In this document: positions 46,401 to 56,659 of the stretch, in pieces | Position numbering within the stretch: position 1 is the first letter of the stretch | Layout: the number at the start of each line of letters is the position of its first letter | NCBI GenBank assembly: GCA_919901745.1 | Contig: CAKKPP010000003.1 | Span: 138,840 to 202,839, forward strand | Direction: 5' to 3' | DNA from: Chloroflexota bacterium | GTDB taxonomy: Bacteria > Chloroflexota > Limnocylindria > Limnocylindrales > CSP1-4 | DNA length: 64,000 nt | Notes under the pieces: generated by a model | Database searches by the model: none | What the model saw: only the letters and a program-made list of their open reading frames with translations | Told to the model about the DNA's origin: nothing | Program-made: the position numbers and the translations under genes

Positions 46401-48365
46401 TCAGGCGCCGCGGCGCGCAACGGCGGGTCGCGCCTCGGCCGTGGACTGCCTGGTGCCGGCGCCCTGGGTGATCCGGTCGAGCATGATTCCAAGGAGCACG
46501 ATCGCGATCCCCGCGGCTAGGCCCTCCCCGAAGAAGTCGCGCCGGGCGAAGCCGGCCACGACGTCGTAGCCAAGGGCCTGGGCCCCGACGAGACCGCCCA
46601 CGACGACCATCGCCAGCACGAGGATGATCCCCTGGTTGGCTGCGACGAGGAGCGCCGGTCGTGCCATCGGGAGCTGGACCTTCCAGAGGAGCTGCCGCGG
46701 TGTCGAGCCGGCCGCAGTCGCGGCCTCGATAACCGCGACTGGGACAGTCCGGATCCCGATCTCGACGAGACGGATCACCGGCGGAATCGCGTAGATGATC
46801 GCGGCCACGATTCCGGTGAACCGAGTCGGCCCGAAGAGGGCAACCGCGGGAACCAGGTAGACGAACGCGGGCAGGGTCTGGGCGCCATCGAGGAGCGGCC
46901 GGAGGAAGGCCGCGAAGCGGTCGCTTCGGGCGGACAGGACGCCGAACGCCCCGCCAATCACCAGCGTCAACCCGGTGGCCACGAGGACCATCGTGAGCGT
47001 CTCCATGCTGTGCTGCCAGAGTTCGATCCGGATGGTCACGAGCAGGCAGACGATCGCGATGACAGCCGGACGAAGCCCGCTCAGGAGGAAGGCGATCCCA
47101 CCGATCGTGGCAACGACAAGCCACCACGGCGCGCTCGTCAGGATCGTCTGGAGCGGGTTTAGCAGCCCGTAGGAGACGCCGTTCTTGATCGCCTCAGTGA
47201 GGAAGTAGAAATTGAACGTCACCCAGCCGGTGACATCGTTGACCGGACCGCGGAACGTAAATCGGATCTCGTCCGGGAAGTCGCCGCCCCCGAGGACGAA
47301 CGTCCCGATGGCCACGGCAACGATGGAGGCAACCAAGCCGACGATCGCGAACCGGCGGGTCTGCCCCGGTGGTGTTGGCCGCGTCGCCCGACGGGCGGGG
47401 TCCACGCGTTCGCTCGCGCGCGAGGTCAATCGGTCCAGGATGATCGCCATGATGACGATCGCGAGGCCGGCATCGAACGCCTGCCCGACGTCGTTCTTCT
47501 GGAAGGATCGAATGATGTCCTTGCCGAGGCCGGGGGCGTCGACGAGGGCGGTGATGACCACCATCGAGAGCGCCATCATGATCGTCTGGTTGATCCCGAG
47601 GACGATTGTTTGGCGGGCCATCGGGAGCTGCACCTTCGCCAGCAACTGGCGCGCCGTCGAGCCCATGGATGTGGCGGCCTCGACGGTCGCGGGGGCGACG
47701 CTGCGAATCCCGAGGGCCGTGATGCGAATCGCTGGTGGGACGGAATAGATCATCGTGACGATCGCGGCGGTCGCTGGTCCGATGAGGAAGAACAAGGCAA
47801 ACGGCGCAAGGTAGGCGAACGTCGGCATGATCTGCATCGTGTCGAGGATCGGCTGGATGGCAGCCAGGAAGCGGTCGTTGCGGCCGGCGACGATCCCCAG
47901 CGGGATTCCGATGGCCAGCGACAGCAGGACCGCCGTGAACGTCAGCGCGAGCGTATCGACGCTGGCGTTCCACAACCCGAGGACTCCGAAGGCGAGGACC
48001 CCGAGCCCGGTCAGGGCGGCCAGGCGCAGTCCACCGATCACCAGGCCGAGCGCTGCCGTGATCGTGATCAGCCCCGGCCAGGTCAGGCCCTGGAGCACGG
48101 CAAGGAACACGTTGAAGATCGCGGTGATGAGTGTCCGGATGCCGGTCACGAACACCACGAGGATGATGTTCGAATTTCGGTTGGCGTCGATCCACTCACG
48201 GATGTCGTTGATCGTCTCGAACGTCGCGGCGTCGTTGTCGTGTGGCAGCGTGTACTGACCCGCGAACGCGATCCACAGGATCGCCGTCACGGCGCTGAGC
48301 AGGACGATCCACGCCGAACGTGGGAGCGACGGGAGCAGGCGGCCGGTGGCCGCCGCCGCGCTCAT
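46401..48365 (-). CDS. proW: Glycine betaine/proline ABC transporter permease, fused tandem ProW-ProW
   Basis: Two consecutive 6-TM permease modules, each with the EAA loop (EAATSMGSTARQLL and EAATAAGSTPRQLL). Confidence 0.85.
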   Translation of the reverse strand: MSAAAATGRLLPSLPRSAWIVLLSAVTAILWIAFAGQYTLPHDNDAATFETINDIREWIDANRNSNIILVVFVTGIRTLITAIFNVFLAVLQGLTWPGLITITAALGLVIGGLRLAALTGLGVLAFGVLGLWNASVDTLALTFTAVLLSLAIGIPLGIVAGRNDRFLAAIQPILDTMQIMPTFAYLAPFALFFLIGPATAAIVTMIYSVPPAIRITALGIRSVAPATVEAATSMGSTARQLLAKVQLPMARQTIVLGINQTIMMALSMVVITALVDAPGLGKDIIRSFQKNDVGQAFDAGLAIVIMAIILDRLTSRASERVDPARRATRPTPPGQTRRFAIVGLVASIVAVAIGTFVLGGGDFPDEIRFTFRGPVNDVTGWVTFNFYFLTEAIKNGVSYGLLNPLQTILTSAPWWLVVATIGGIAFLLSGLRPAVIAIVCLLVTIRIELWQHSMETLTMVLVATGLTLVIGGAFGVLSARSDRFAAFLRPLLDGAQTLPAFVYLVPAVALFGPTRFTGIVAAIIYAIPPVIRLVEIGIRTVPVAVIEAATAAGSTPRQLLWKVQLPMARPALLVAANQGIILVLAMVVVGGLVGAQALGYDVVAGFARRDFFGEGLAAGIAIVLLGIMLDRITQGAGTRQSTAEARPAVARRGA

Positions 48366-48378
48366 GGCGCCAGGCCGC

Positions 48379-49443
48379 TCATGGCGCCCCGCCGCTCCCG
48401 GCGACGGCCGTCAGGATCTGCACCCTGTCGACGACCCCCACGAGCGTCCCGTCGGCGATGACCCGGATCGGCTTGTCCGTTGCGATCGCGGCGCCGATGG
48501 CGTCGCGGATGATCGTGTCGGCGCTGAACTCGGGTCCGTCCGTCGCGTCGTCGTCCTGCCGATCACGCATGATCCAGCGCAGGGTCAGGACATGCGAGCG
48601 GGGGACGTCCCGCACGAAATCGGCGACATACTCGTCCGCCGGTGCCCCGACCAGCTCGGCCGGCTTGCCTCGCTGCACGATCGCCCCGTCGCGCATGATC
48701 ACGATGTGGTCGCCGAGCTTGAGCGCCTCGGCAAGGTCGTGAGTGATGAAGATCATCGTCTTGCCCACCTCGTGGTGGAGCCTGATCACCTCGTTCTGCA
48801 TGTCGCGGCGGATGAGCGGGTCCAGTGCGCTGAACGGCTCGTCGAAGAGCATCACCTCGGGGTCCACGGCCAGCGCCCGGGCCAGGCCCACGCGCTGCTG
48901 CATCCCGCCGGAGAGCTGGTCCGGATAGCTGTTGTCGTGGCCCTCGAGGCCCACGAGCGAAATCATCTCGCGGGCGCGGGCGTGGCGGGTCGCCCGGTCC
49001 TCGCCGCGAATCTCGAGCCCGTAGGCGACGTTGTCGATCACGCGGCGATGGGGGAGCAGGCCGAAGTGCTGGAAGACCATCGCAAAGCGATGGCGGCGCA
49101 GTTCGCGCAGCCGCGCTGACGACGCCTTCCCGATGTCCTCGCCGTCGAGCAGAACCTCGCCGGCAGTGGGCTCGATGAGGCGAGTCAGGCAGCGAACGAG
49201 CGTCGACTTGCCGCTGCCCGAGAGTCCCATCACGACGAAGACCTCGCCGGGCGACACGTCGAACGACACGTCGCGGACGCCGACCGTGGACCGCGTCTTC
49301 GCGAGGAGTTCCGCGCGCGTGAGGTCCGCGTCGGGCGTGCCGATGACCTTGTGCTCGGCCGGGCCGAAGATCTTCCAGAGGCCGCGGACCGCGATCGTGG
49401 GGGTGGACGAACTGTCGTTCGTCGCGCTCGCCGCGTTCGTCAT
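48379..49443 (-). CDS. proV: Glycine betaine/proline ABC transporter ATP-binding protein with C-terminal CBS-type domain
   Basis: Walker [19 protein letters not shown], Walker B MLFDEP, ProV-like C-terminal regulatory domain. Start at MTNAAS. Confidence 0.85.
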   Translation of the reverse strand: MTNAASATNDSSSTPTIAVRGLWKIFGPAEHKVIGTPDADLTRAELLAKTRSTVGVRDVSFDVSPGEVFVVMGLSGSGKSTLVRCLTRLIEPTAGEVLLDGEDIGKASSARLRELRRHRFAMVFQHFGLLPHRRVIDNVAYGLEIRGEDRATRHARAREMISLVGLEGHDNSYPDQLSGGMQQRVGLARALAVDPEVMLFDEPFSALDPLIRRDMQNEVIRLHHEVGKTMIFITHDLAEALKLGDHIVIMRDGAIVQRGKPAELVGAPADEYVADFVRDVPRSHVLTLRWIMRDRQDDDATDGPEFSADTIIRDAIGAAIATDKPIRVIADGTLVGVVDRVQILTAVAGSGGAP

Positions 49444-49705
49444 CCGTCCGCTCCTCCCGCCATCCGCCCTCGCCCCATGACCGTGTCGTGTCACGATACC
49501 CGGGCGCGGCGATCCATCCAACCCCACATCGGGTACCCGGCTTCTGCAGCCGCTGTTACTCGGTATGGGTGTGCTGCAGCACCTGAACCACCTTTCGTGC
49601 GACGCCCCACTCCGATGACGGGTGAGGCCGTGCGCCGGACGACCCGATGGAGGTGGTCACGCGCGACAACACACGCCATGCTGGTAAGCACTGGGTGGAC
49701 GACCG

Positions 49706-50437
49706 GTGAGTCGACGCAGCCAGGCTGGCGTGATGCGGAGGTCCAGACCGAGTTCATCGCCGATCGGACGCCAGAGGGCACGCGACCTCGCAGCTCGTTT
49801 CGGGAGCGAGCTCCGGATCGCGCGCGCCGGGGTCGGGTTGACCCAGGCCCAGGTGGGTCGGCTCGCGGGGTGCTCGCAGCAGCAGGTGAGCCGGGCTGAG
49901 CGGGGTGTCATGGATGTCTCGCTCGTAACACGCTGCCGGTTGGTCGCGGCGTGCGGCTTCGAACTTGGCTGGCGCCTGTATCCCGCGAGGACGGTGCGCC
50001 TGCGCGACTCCGGCCAGCTCGAGATCGCCACGGCGATCAGCGCAGCGACTCATCCGGGCGCACGTATCGCGATGGAGGTCCCTGTCGCGCCGCGCGATCT
50101 GCGCGCTGCAGACCTGTTGATCACGCTCCCCGATGAGATCCTGCACGTGGAGATCGAACGTTCGCTGGTCGATCTGCAGGGGCAACTTCGGGCGGCTCAG
50201 CTCAAGCGCCAGGCGCTCGCCGAGCACGAGGAGCGACCGGTGCGCTTGGTCCTCGCGGTCCCGGACACGGCAGCCGCCCGGAGAGCGATCAACGACATCG
50301 GGCCTCTCGTCGAGCGTACGCTGCCGGCGACGTCCCGGGCGATCTGGAAGGCGATCAGGACCGGGCGGCCCATCGGGGCTGACGGCCTGCTCTTTGTCCG
50401 TCCGGCCAGCCTCGTCGCTCGGGCGCCGCGGTCCTGA
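49706..50437 (+). CDS. XRE-family HTH transcriptional regulator
   Basis: LRIARAGVGLTQAQVGRLAGCSQQQVSRAERG HTH plus a C-terminal domain; start 49706 (GTG) or 49733 (ATG). Confidence 0.65.
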   Translation: MSRRSQAGVMRRSRPSSSPIGRQRARDLAARFGSELRIARAGVGLTQAQVGRLAGCSQQQVSRAERGVMDVSLVTRCRLVAACGFELGWRLYPARTVRLRDSGQLEIATAISAATHPGARIAMEVPVAPRDLRAADLLITLPDEILHVEIERSLVDLQGQLRAAQLKRQALAEHEERPVRLVLAVPDTAAARRAINDIGPLVERTLPATSRAIWKAIRTGRPIGADGLLFVRPASLVARAPRS

Positions 50438-50670
50438 CCGACCCTCGCACTACGCACCATGGGAGTGCCGTGACACCGGGGGAGCTCTTCGCGCCACACG
50501 GCACGCGCTATGGGAGTGTCCGGGAACCGGAGCGAGCCTCTTCGCGTGCTCCACGCGACGAAGTACACCTACTGTGCGTGCGGGAGGGGCGCCACGCCAG
50601 CTCGCGCGCCAGGGCACTCGGCACAGTTGTACGCGGATCGCGGACGAGGAACGAGGAACGACGAACGATC

Positions 50671-52140
50671 TCAGCCTTCGAACCAGCCGGTGGGCGCCGG
50701 CGCCGTGTTCTGGTAGATGTGCTTGGCCTCACGATACTCGTGGAGGCCGGTGAGCCCGAGCTCTCGACCCAGCCCGGACTGCTTGAAGCCGCCCCATTCA
50801 GCCTGGGGCAGGTAGCGGTTGTACTCGTTGATCCAGACCGTGCCGTGGCGAAGTCGCCCGGCCACGCGCTGGGCGCGGCTCGCGTCCGACGTCCACACCG
50901 CGCCGGCGAGGCCGTACGTGGTGTCGTTGCCGAGCGCGACCGCCTCGTCCTCGGTCGAGAACCGCTCAACGGTGACCACGGGACCAAAGATCTCCTCGCG
51001 CACGATCGTCATGTCACGCGTGCAGTCGGCAAAGACCGTTGGCCTGACGTAAAAGCCCGCCGCCAGCCCCGGTTCGGTGGGCCGTCCGCCGCCGGCCACG
51101 AGCCGCGCCCCCTGTTCGACGCCGGATCGGATGTATCCCTCCACCTTGTCGCGGTGCGCCGCCGAGATGAGCGCCCCCGTCTCGGTCCGCTCGTCCGTCC
51201 CGTGGCCGAGGCGGATCCGATCCGCTCGACGGCCCAGCTCCGCCACGAACCGGTCGTAAATCTCGTCCTGGACGATCACCCGGCATCCGGCGGAGCACGA
51301 CTGCCCGGAATGAACGAACGCGCCGGCGAGGGCGTTGTCGACGGCCGCATCGAAGTCGGCGTCCGCAAAGATGATGTTGGGGCTCTTGCCGCCCAGCTCC
51401 AGGGCGACCCGCTTCACCGTGTCGGCGGCGGCCCGCAGGACGTCCCGGCCCGCCTCGGTGCCGCCGGTCAGCGAGACGAGGTCGACGTCCGGGTGTTCCG
51501 CCAGCTGCCGGCCGATCCGGCTGCCCGGACCCAGCACCAGGTTCACGACGCCCGCCGGAACCCCGGCCTCCTCGAGGCAGCGGACCATCGCGATCGTGGA
51601 TAGGGGCGTCAGGCTGGCCGGCTTCACGATCATCGTATCGCCCGCCGCGATGGCCGGGGCGACCTTCCACGAGATCTGCAGGAGCGGGTAGTTCCACGGC
51701 GAGATGAGCGCGCACACACCCAGCGGCTCGTACACGATCCGGGACAGCGCGTCGGGCGACCCGGTCGCGACCAGTCGGCCCGCATCCTTGTCGGCAAGCT
51801 GGGCGTAGTAGCGGAAGACGCTCACGACGTCGGTCACGTCGAACCGCGTCTCGCGCATCGCCTTGCCGGTGTTCAGGGTCTCGGCCAGCGCGATCGTCTC
51901 GGCATCGCGCTCCAGGAGGTCCGCCGTTCGATCCAGGATCGTGGCGCGTTCGCCGGGCGGGCGCCACGGCCAGTCCGTGGTGTCGAATGCGCGCCGAGCC
52001 GCGGCCACGGCACGATCGACATCGTCCGACGTGGCCACGTCCACGATTCCGACAACCGACCCGTCGGAGGGGTTGACGATGTCGCTCGTCTCGCCGGACG
52101 AGCCACTCCGCCAGGCGCCGTCGATGAACAGGTCGGGCAC
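50671..52140 (-). CDS. NAD-dependent aldehyde dehydrogenase, betaine-aldehyde-dehydrogenase-like
   Basis: ALDH motifs (VALELGGKSP, catalytic Cys in SGQSCSAGCRV, EEIFGPV). GTG start at 52140 with AAGGAG RBS 5 nt upstream. Adjacent to betaine uptake and catabolism genes. Confidence 0.8.
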   Translation of the reverse strand: MPDLFIDGAWRSGSSGETSDIVNPSDGSVVGIVDVATSDDVDRAVAAARRAFDTTDWPWRPPGERATILDRTADLLERDAETIALAETLNTGKAMRETRFDVTDVVSVFRYYAQLADKDAGRLVATGSPDALSRIVYEPLGVCALISPWNYPLLQISWKVAPAIAAGDTMIVKPASLTPLSTIAMVRCLEEAGVPAGVVNLVLGPGSRIGRQLAEHPDVDLVSLTGGTEAGRDVLRAAADTVKRVALELGGKSPNIIFADADFDAAVDNALAGAFVHSGQSCSAGCRVIVQDEIYDRFVAELGRRADRIRLGHGTDERTETGALISAAHRDKVEGYIRSGVEQGARLVAGGGRPTEPGLAAGFYVRPTVFADCTRDMTIVREEIFGPVVTVERFSTEDEAVALGNDTTYGLAGAVWTSDASRAQRVAGRLRHGTVWINEYNRYLPQAEWGGFKQSGLGRELGLTGLHEYREAKHIYQNTAPAPTGWFEG

Positions 52141-52367
52141 GCTGCTCCTTCGAGTGTGGCGGCCGCGGCTTGAAGAGCGGCGGCGAGCTCCCGAAGGATT
52201 GACCCGCCGGCGCCCGACGTCAAGGCAGGAGCCGCTCCGCGGGACGTGCGCCGCGCCGCGGGATGTCGCAACTCGCGAGTCGTGCGCACCGGTCCGCCCG
52301 GCTAGACTTGGACGCCGCGTCGACGCTTGCACCGTGCCGAACCGTTGCCCAGGAGGACCCAGACAGG

Positions 52368-54884
52368 ATGAGCGCGCTTCCCAGCCATGCGAGGGTGGTC
52401 GTCATCGGGGCCGGCATCGTCGGCAACAGCCTCGCGTATCACCTTGCCAGGCTGGGCTGGCGCGACATCGTCCTCCTCGACAAGGGCCGGCTGCCCAGTC
52501 CCGGTGGATCCACCGGCCACGCCTCGAACTTCATCTACCTCACCGACCACTCGCGCGAGATGACGAACCTCACCGTCGACAGCGTCCACCAGTACCAGGA
52601 ACTCGGCGTGTTCACCCGAAGTGGCGGCCTTGAGGTCGCCCGGACTGACGAGCGAATGCAGGAACTGCATCGTCGGATGTCATCGGCTCGTTCATGGGGA
52701 ATCGATGCGGAGCTGGTGAGTCCGACACAGGCGAAGGCGATGGTCCCGTACCTCAACAGCGACATCCTCCTCGGTGCCTTCTCGCAGCCCGGGATCGGCG
52801 TCGTCGACTCCCTGCGGGCAGGCACGATCATGCGCGAGCGAGCCCAGGAGATGGGTGCGCTCACGATCTCGGCCCAGACCGAGGTGCTCGGTCTGGATGT
52901 CGTCGACGGCCGCATCCGGACGGTTCGGACCGACAAGGGCGACACCCAAGCGGAGGTCGTCGTCGTCGCGTGCGGCGTCTGGAGCCCGCGCATCGCGGCG
53001 ATGGCCGGCGCGGCGATCCCGCTGACGCCGGCGGTCCACCAGATGATCAGCGTGGGACCGGTGCCGCTGTTCGCCGGGACGCAGGGTGAGATCGAGTACC
53101 CGATCGTGCGCGACATGGACACGAACATGTACGAGCGCCAGCATGGCGGCGATCTCGAGGTGGGCTCGTACGCCCATCGCGCGATCCTCATGGACCCCGA
53201 CGACATCCCGTCCATCGCCGCCGCAGCCCTCTCCCCGACCGAGCTGCCGTTCACCGAGGAGGATTTCGAGCTCCAGTACGAGCAGGCGCTGGAACTGGTC
53301 CCGGACATCCTCGGTGACGAGCGGGTGGGCATCCGCCACTCGATCAACGGCCTCCTCTCGCTGACCCCCGACGGGATGCCGATCCTCGGCGAGACGCCCG
53401 AGGTCAAGGGCCTCTGGGCGTGTGCCGCGGTCTGGATCAAGGAGGCGCCCGGGATCGCGAAGATGGTCGCCGAGTGGATGACCGACGGGCAGCCGGAGAT
53501 CGATCCGCACGGATCGGACGTCGCCCGCTTCCACCCGCACCAGACGGCCCGCGCCCACGTGCGCGCGCGATCCGCGGAAGGCTTCAACAAGACCTACGGC
53601 ATCGTCCACCCCTCCGAGCAGTGGGAGAGCAACCGGAACGTCCGGCTCAGCCCGTTCTACGAGCGCGAGAAGGCCCTGGGCGCCATGTTCTTCGAGACGG
53701 CCGGTTGGGAACGACCGATGTGGTACGCCGCGAACGAGCCGCTCATCGCCGAGTTCGGCGATCGCGTGGCGCAGCGGACCGCCGAGTGGGAATCGCGCTG
53801 GTGGTCGCCGATCATCAGCGCCGAACACCTCGCGATGCGCGAGCGCGTCGGGATCTGCGACCTCTCGGCGTTCGTCATCTTCGACGTCACCGGCCCCGGT
53901 GCCCTGGCGAACGTCCAGGAGATGGCGGTCGCCCAGCTGGACGTCGCCGTGGGCAAGGTCGTCTACACGCCGCTCCTCAACGAGGCGGGCGGGATCAAGA
54001 GCGACCTGACGATCATGCGCCTGACCCGCGACCACTTCCGGGTCGTGACCGGTGGCGCCCACGGGATGGGCGACAAGAAGTGGTTCCGCGATCATCTGCC
54101 GGCGGACGGCTCCGCGCAGGTCACGGACCACACCTCGACCTACACCACCCTCGGCATCTGGGGGCCACGCTCGCGCGACGTGCTGTCCGCGGCCACGGCC
54201 GACGACGTCTCGAACGACGGGTTCCCGTTCGGGACCTGCCGGACGATCGAGGTCGGCGGGATCCCGGTCCTCGCGTCGCGTATCTCGTACGTGGGCGAGC
54301 TGGGTTGGGAGCTGTACGTCCCGATGGAGCAGGGTGTCCGGCTGTGGGACACGCTCTGGGACGCCGGCCGGGCCCACGGGATCATCGCGTTCGGGATCGG
54401 CGTCTACGGCACCACCGGTCGGCTCGAGAAGGGCTATCGCGCCCACGGCGCGGAGCTGGATCTTGAGTTCACGCTGGTCGAAGCCGACATGCTCCGGCCC
54501 CGCGTGAAGGAACAGGAATTCATCGGCAAGGCCGCCTTCCTGGAGCAGCGCGCGAACCCGCCGGTCGCCAGGCTCTGCACCCTGACCGTGGACGACCACA
54601 CCTCGAGCACCGGCGAGAAGCGCTACATGCTTGGTCGTGAACCGATTCTCACGCTCGAGGGCGAGCCGCTCGTCGACGCCAAGGGGCGCCGTTCGTTCGT
54701 GACGAGTGCCGGCGCCGGGCCGTCGGTCGGCAAGCACCTGCTGCTGTCGTACCTGCCGCCGGAGCAGGCGGTCGCGGGCACCAGGCTCCTCGTCGAGTAC
54801 CTCGGCGAGCGCTATCCGGTCACCGTGGCCGTCGTCGGGAGTACGCCGCTGTTCGACCCGGAGAACGCCCGGGTCCGCGCCTGA
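52368..54884 (+). CDS. Dimethylglycine/sarcosine dehydrogenase family enzyme (FAD oxidoreductase N-domain plus GcvT-like aminomethyltransferase C-domain)
   Basis: N-terminal FAD fold VVVIGAGIVGNSLAYHLA...; C-terminal folate-binding GcvT domain; 838 aa. Confidence 0.85.
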   Translation: MSALPSHARVVVIGAGIVGNSLAYHLARLGWRDIVLLDKGRLPSPGGSTGHASNFIYLTDHSREMTNLTVDSVHQYQELGVFTRSGGLEVARTDERMQELHRRMSSARSWGIDAELVSPTQAKAMVPYLNSDILLGAFSQPGIGVVDSLRAGTIMRERAQEMGALTISAQTEVLGLDVVDGRIRTVRTDKGDTQAEVVVVACGVWSPRIAAMAGAAIPLTPAVHQMISVGPVPLFAGTQGEIEYPIVRDMDTNMYERQHGGDLEVGSYAHRAILMDPDDIPSIAAAALSPTELPFTEEDFELQYEQALELVPDILGDERVGIRHSINGLLSLTPDGMPILGETPEVKGLWACAAVWIKEAPGIAKMVAEWMTDGQPEIDPHGSDVARFHPHQTARAHVRARSAEGFNKTYGIVHPSEQWESNRNVRLSPFYEREKALGAMFFETAGWERPMWYAANEPLIAEFGDRVAQRTAEWESRWWSPIISAEHLAMRERVGICDLSAFVIFDVTGPGALANVQEMAVAQLDVAVGKVVYTPLLNEAGGIKSDLTIMRLTRDHFRVVTGGAHGMGDKKWFRDHLPADGSAQVTDHTSTYTTLGIWGPRSRDVLSAATADDVSNDGFPFGTCRTIEVGGIPVLASRISYVGELGWELYVPMEQGVRLWDTLWDAGRAHGIIAFGIGVYGTTGRLEKGYRAHGAELDLEFTLVEADMLRPRVKEQEFIGKAAFLEQRANPPVARLCTLTVDDHTSSTGEKRYMLGREPILTLEGEPLVDAKGRRSFVTSAGAGPSVGKHLLLSYLPPEQAVAGTRLLVEYLGERYPVTVAVVGSTPLFDPENARVRA

Positions 54885-54886
54885 TC

Positions 54887-55681
54887 GTGAACATCCTCGT
54901 CTGCGTCAAGCGCGTGCCGGTGACCGGCGGGCGGATCAGCGTGACCGCCGATGGCCAGGAGATCGACACCCGGTTCCTCGGCTTCACGGTCAGTCCTCAT
55001 GAGGAATGTGCCGCCGAGGAGGCCGTCCGGATCGTCGAGAAGCACGGCGGGACGTCAACGGTGCTCACCCTGGGTCCGGAGGTCGCGATCGAGCAGCTGC
55101 GCGACCTGCTGGCGATCGGCGTCAACCGCGCCGTGTTGCTGGAGACCGATGGACGTGAGTGGGACGCGACGTCCACGGCGACCGCGATCGTCGACCTCGT
55201 GCGCGCCCGGGCGGACGCAGGCGAGCCGTTCGACCTCCTCCTCTTCGGCAACGAGGCCGCCGACACCGGCGACTTCCAGGTGGGCATACGGGTCGCGATG
55301 GCGCTCAACCTGCCGTGTGTCGTCGGGGCGAAGGCAATCGAGGTACGCGACGGGTCGATCGCGGTCCAGCGCGACGCGGGTGGCGGTCGCGAGATCTACG
55401 AGGTGGCACTCCCGGCGGTCGTGGCGACGAAGGAGGGGATCAACCTCCCGCGCTATCCGTCGGTCCCGGGCCGCCTCCGCGCGAAGAAGCAGGAGGTTGA
55501 ACGAATCGAGGTCGCGGCCGGGGGTGCCGGCGAAGCGGGGGTCGGCGGGCCAGATCCCGCAAAGGTCGCACTGACCGTGCCGGTCACCGACTCGACCACG
55601 GCCGAAATCCTTGGACACGGTCCCGAAGCAGCGCCGCGGGTGGTCGAGCTACTACAGAAGATCGGCGTGCTGTCACGATGA
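54887..55681 (+). CDS. etfB: Electron transfer flavoprotein beta subunit
   Basis: MNILVCVKRVP... typical EtfB; GTG start 3 nt after the upstream stop. Confidence 0.85.
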   Translation: MNILVCVKRVPVTGGRISVTADGQEIDTRFLGFTVSPHEECAAEEAVRIVEKHGGTSTVLTLGPEVAIEQLRDLLAIGVNRAVLLETDGREWDATSTATAIVDLVRARADAGEPFDLLLFGNEAADTGDFQVGIRVAMALNLPCVVGAKAIEVRDGSIAVQRDAGGGREIYEVALPAVVATKEGINLPRYPSVPGRLRAKKQEVERIEVAAGGAGEAGVGGPDPAKVALTVPVTDSTTAEILGHGPEAAPRVVELLQKIGVLSR

Positions 55682-56649
55682 TCATCGTCTACGTCGAACA
55701 TGCCGACGGTCGCGCGGACCGCGTCTCGCTCGAGGCGCTGGCGCTCGCCGGGTCCTTGGGTGGTCCGGTTCATGCGGCGCTCATCGGCCCAGGGGTAACG
55801 CAGGCGGCCGCGTCGCTCGGCGGACGCGGCGTGGAAACTGTGCACGCCATCGATCACGACAGCCTGAGCGCGTATGCGCCCCGTGCGTACGGGGCGGCCG
55901 TCGCCGAATTGATCGCGACGCACCAGCCCGCGATCGTCATCGGCCCAGGCACGGAGCGCGGCAACGAGGTGATGGCGTATGTCGGCGCGATCACTGGGAA
56001 GCCGATGGTCGCGAACGTGCTCTCAGTCGAACCCGTGTCGTCCCCCTTCCCGGTCCGGCTGACCCGCCAGCGCTGGGCCGGCAGCCTCGTCGAGGAGGCC
56101 ACGCTCAGGGCGTCGCCGGCGATCCTGACGGTCGCTCCCCATGCGATCGAAGCGCCCGAGGCGGCGTCGGGCGCGGCGCCCCCGATCATCTCGATGACGC
56201 CGACGCTGTCCGCCGCCGACCTCGCGTCGCGGGTCACTGGCCGGATCGATCCGGAGGGCGACGGCGTCTCGCTGACCGATGCAAAGGTCGTCGTGGGAGG
56301 CGGTCGCGGCATGGGCAGCACCGAGGGCTTCGCGATCCTCGAGGAGCTCGCCGACCTGCTTGGCGGCGCGGTCGGTGGGTCGCGAGTGGTGACGAGCAAC
56401 GGCTGGCGGCCGCACGCCGACCAGATCGGCCAGACGGGGCTGCGCATCGCCCCCGACATCTACATCGCGTGCGGTATCAGTGGCGCCATCCAGCACATCG
56501 TGGGCTGCGCCGCGTCGAAGAACATCCTGGCCATCAACAAGGACCCGGATGCGCCGATCATGTCCCGCGCCCACTACGCCGTGATCGGCGACCTCCACGC
56601 GATCGTTCCAGCGATCAGTGCCGAGATCCGGCGGGTGCGCGGGACCTGA
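55678..56649 (+). CDS. etfA: Electron transfer flavoprotein alpha subunit
   Basis: FAD-binding C-terminal motif (…VVGGGRGMGS…, …IYIACGISGAIQH…). Overlaps the etfB stop. Confidence 0.85.
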   Translation: MIIVYVEHADGRADRVSLEALALAGSLGGPVHAALIGPGVTQAAASLGGRGVETVHAIDHDSLSAYAPRAYGAAVAELIATHQPAIVIGPGTERGNEVMAYVGAITGKPMVANVLSVEPVSSPFPVRLTRQRWAGSLVEEATLRASPAILTVAPHAIEAPEAASGAAPPIISMTPTLSAADLASRVTGRIDPEGDGVSLTDAKVVVGGGRGMGSTEGFAILEELADLLGGAVGGSRVVTSNGWRPHADQIGQTGLRIAPDIYIACGISGAIQHIVGCAASKNILAINKDPDAPIMSRAHYAVIGDLHAIVPAISAEIRRVRGT

Positions 56650-56659
56650 CCCGACGCCC

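Noticed and set aside
45370-47127. N-terminal 275 aa of the 585-aa track ORF
   Set aside because: Junk upstream of the genuine ProX lipoprotein signal peptide (MNIGRL at 46302); it overlaps proW.
52692-54737. 681-aa minus-strand ORF
   Set aside because: Antisense to the DMGDH-like gene; Arg/Asp-rich junk.
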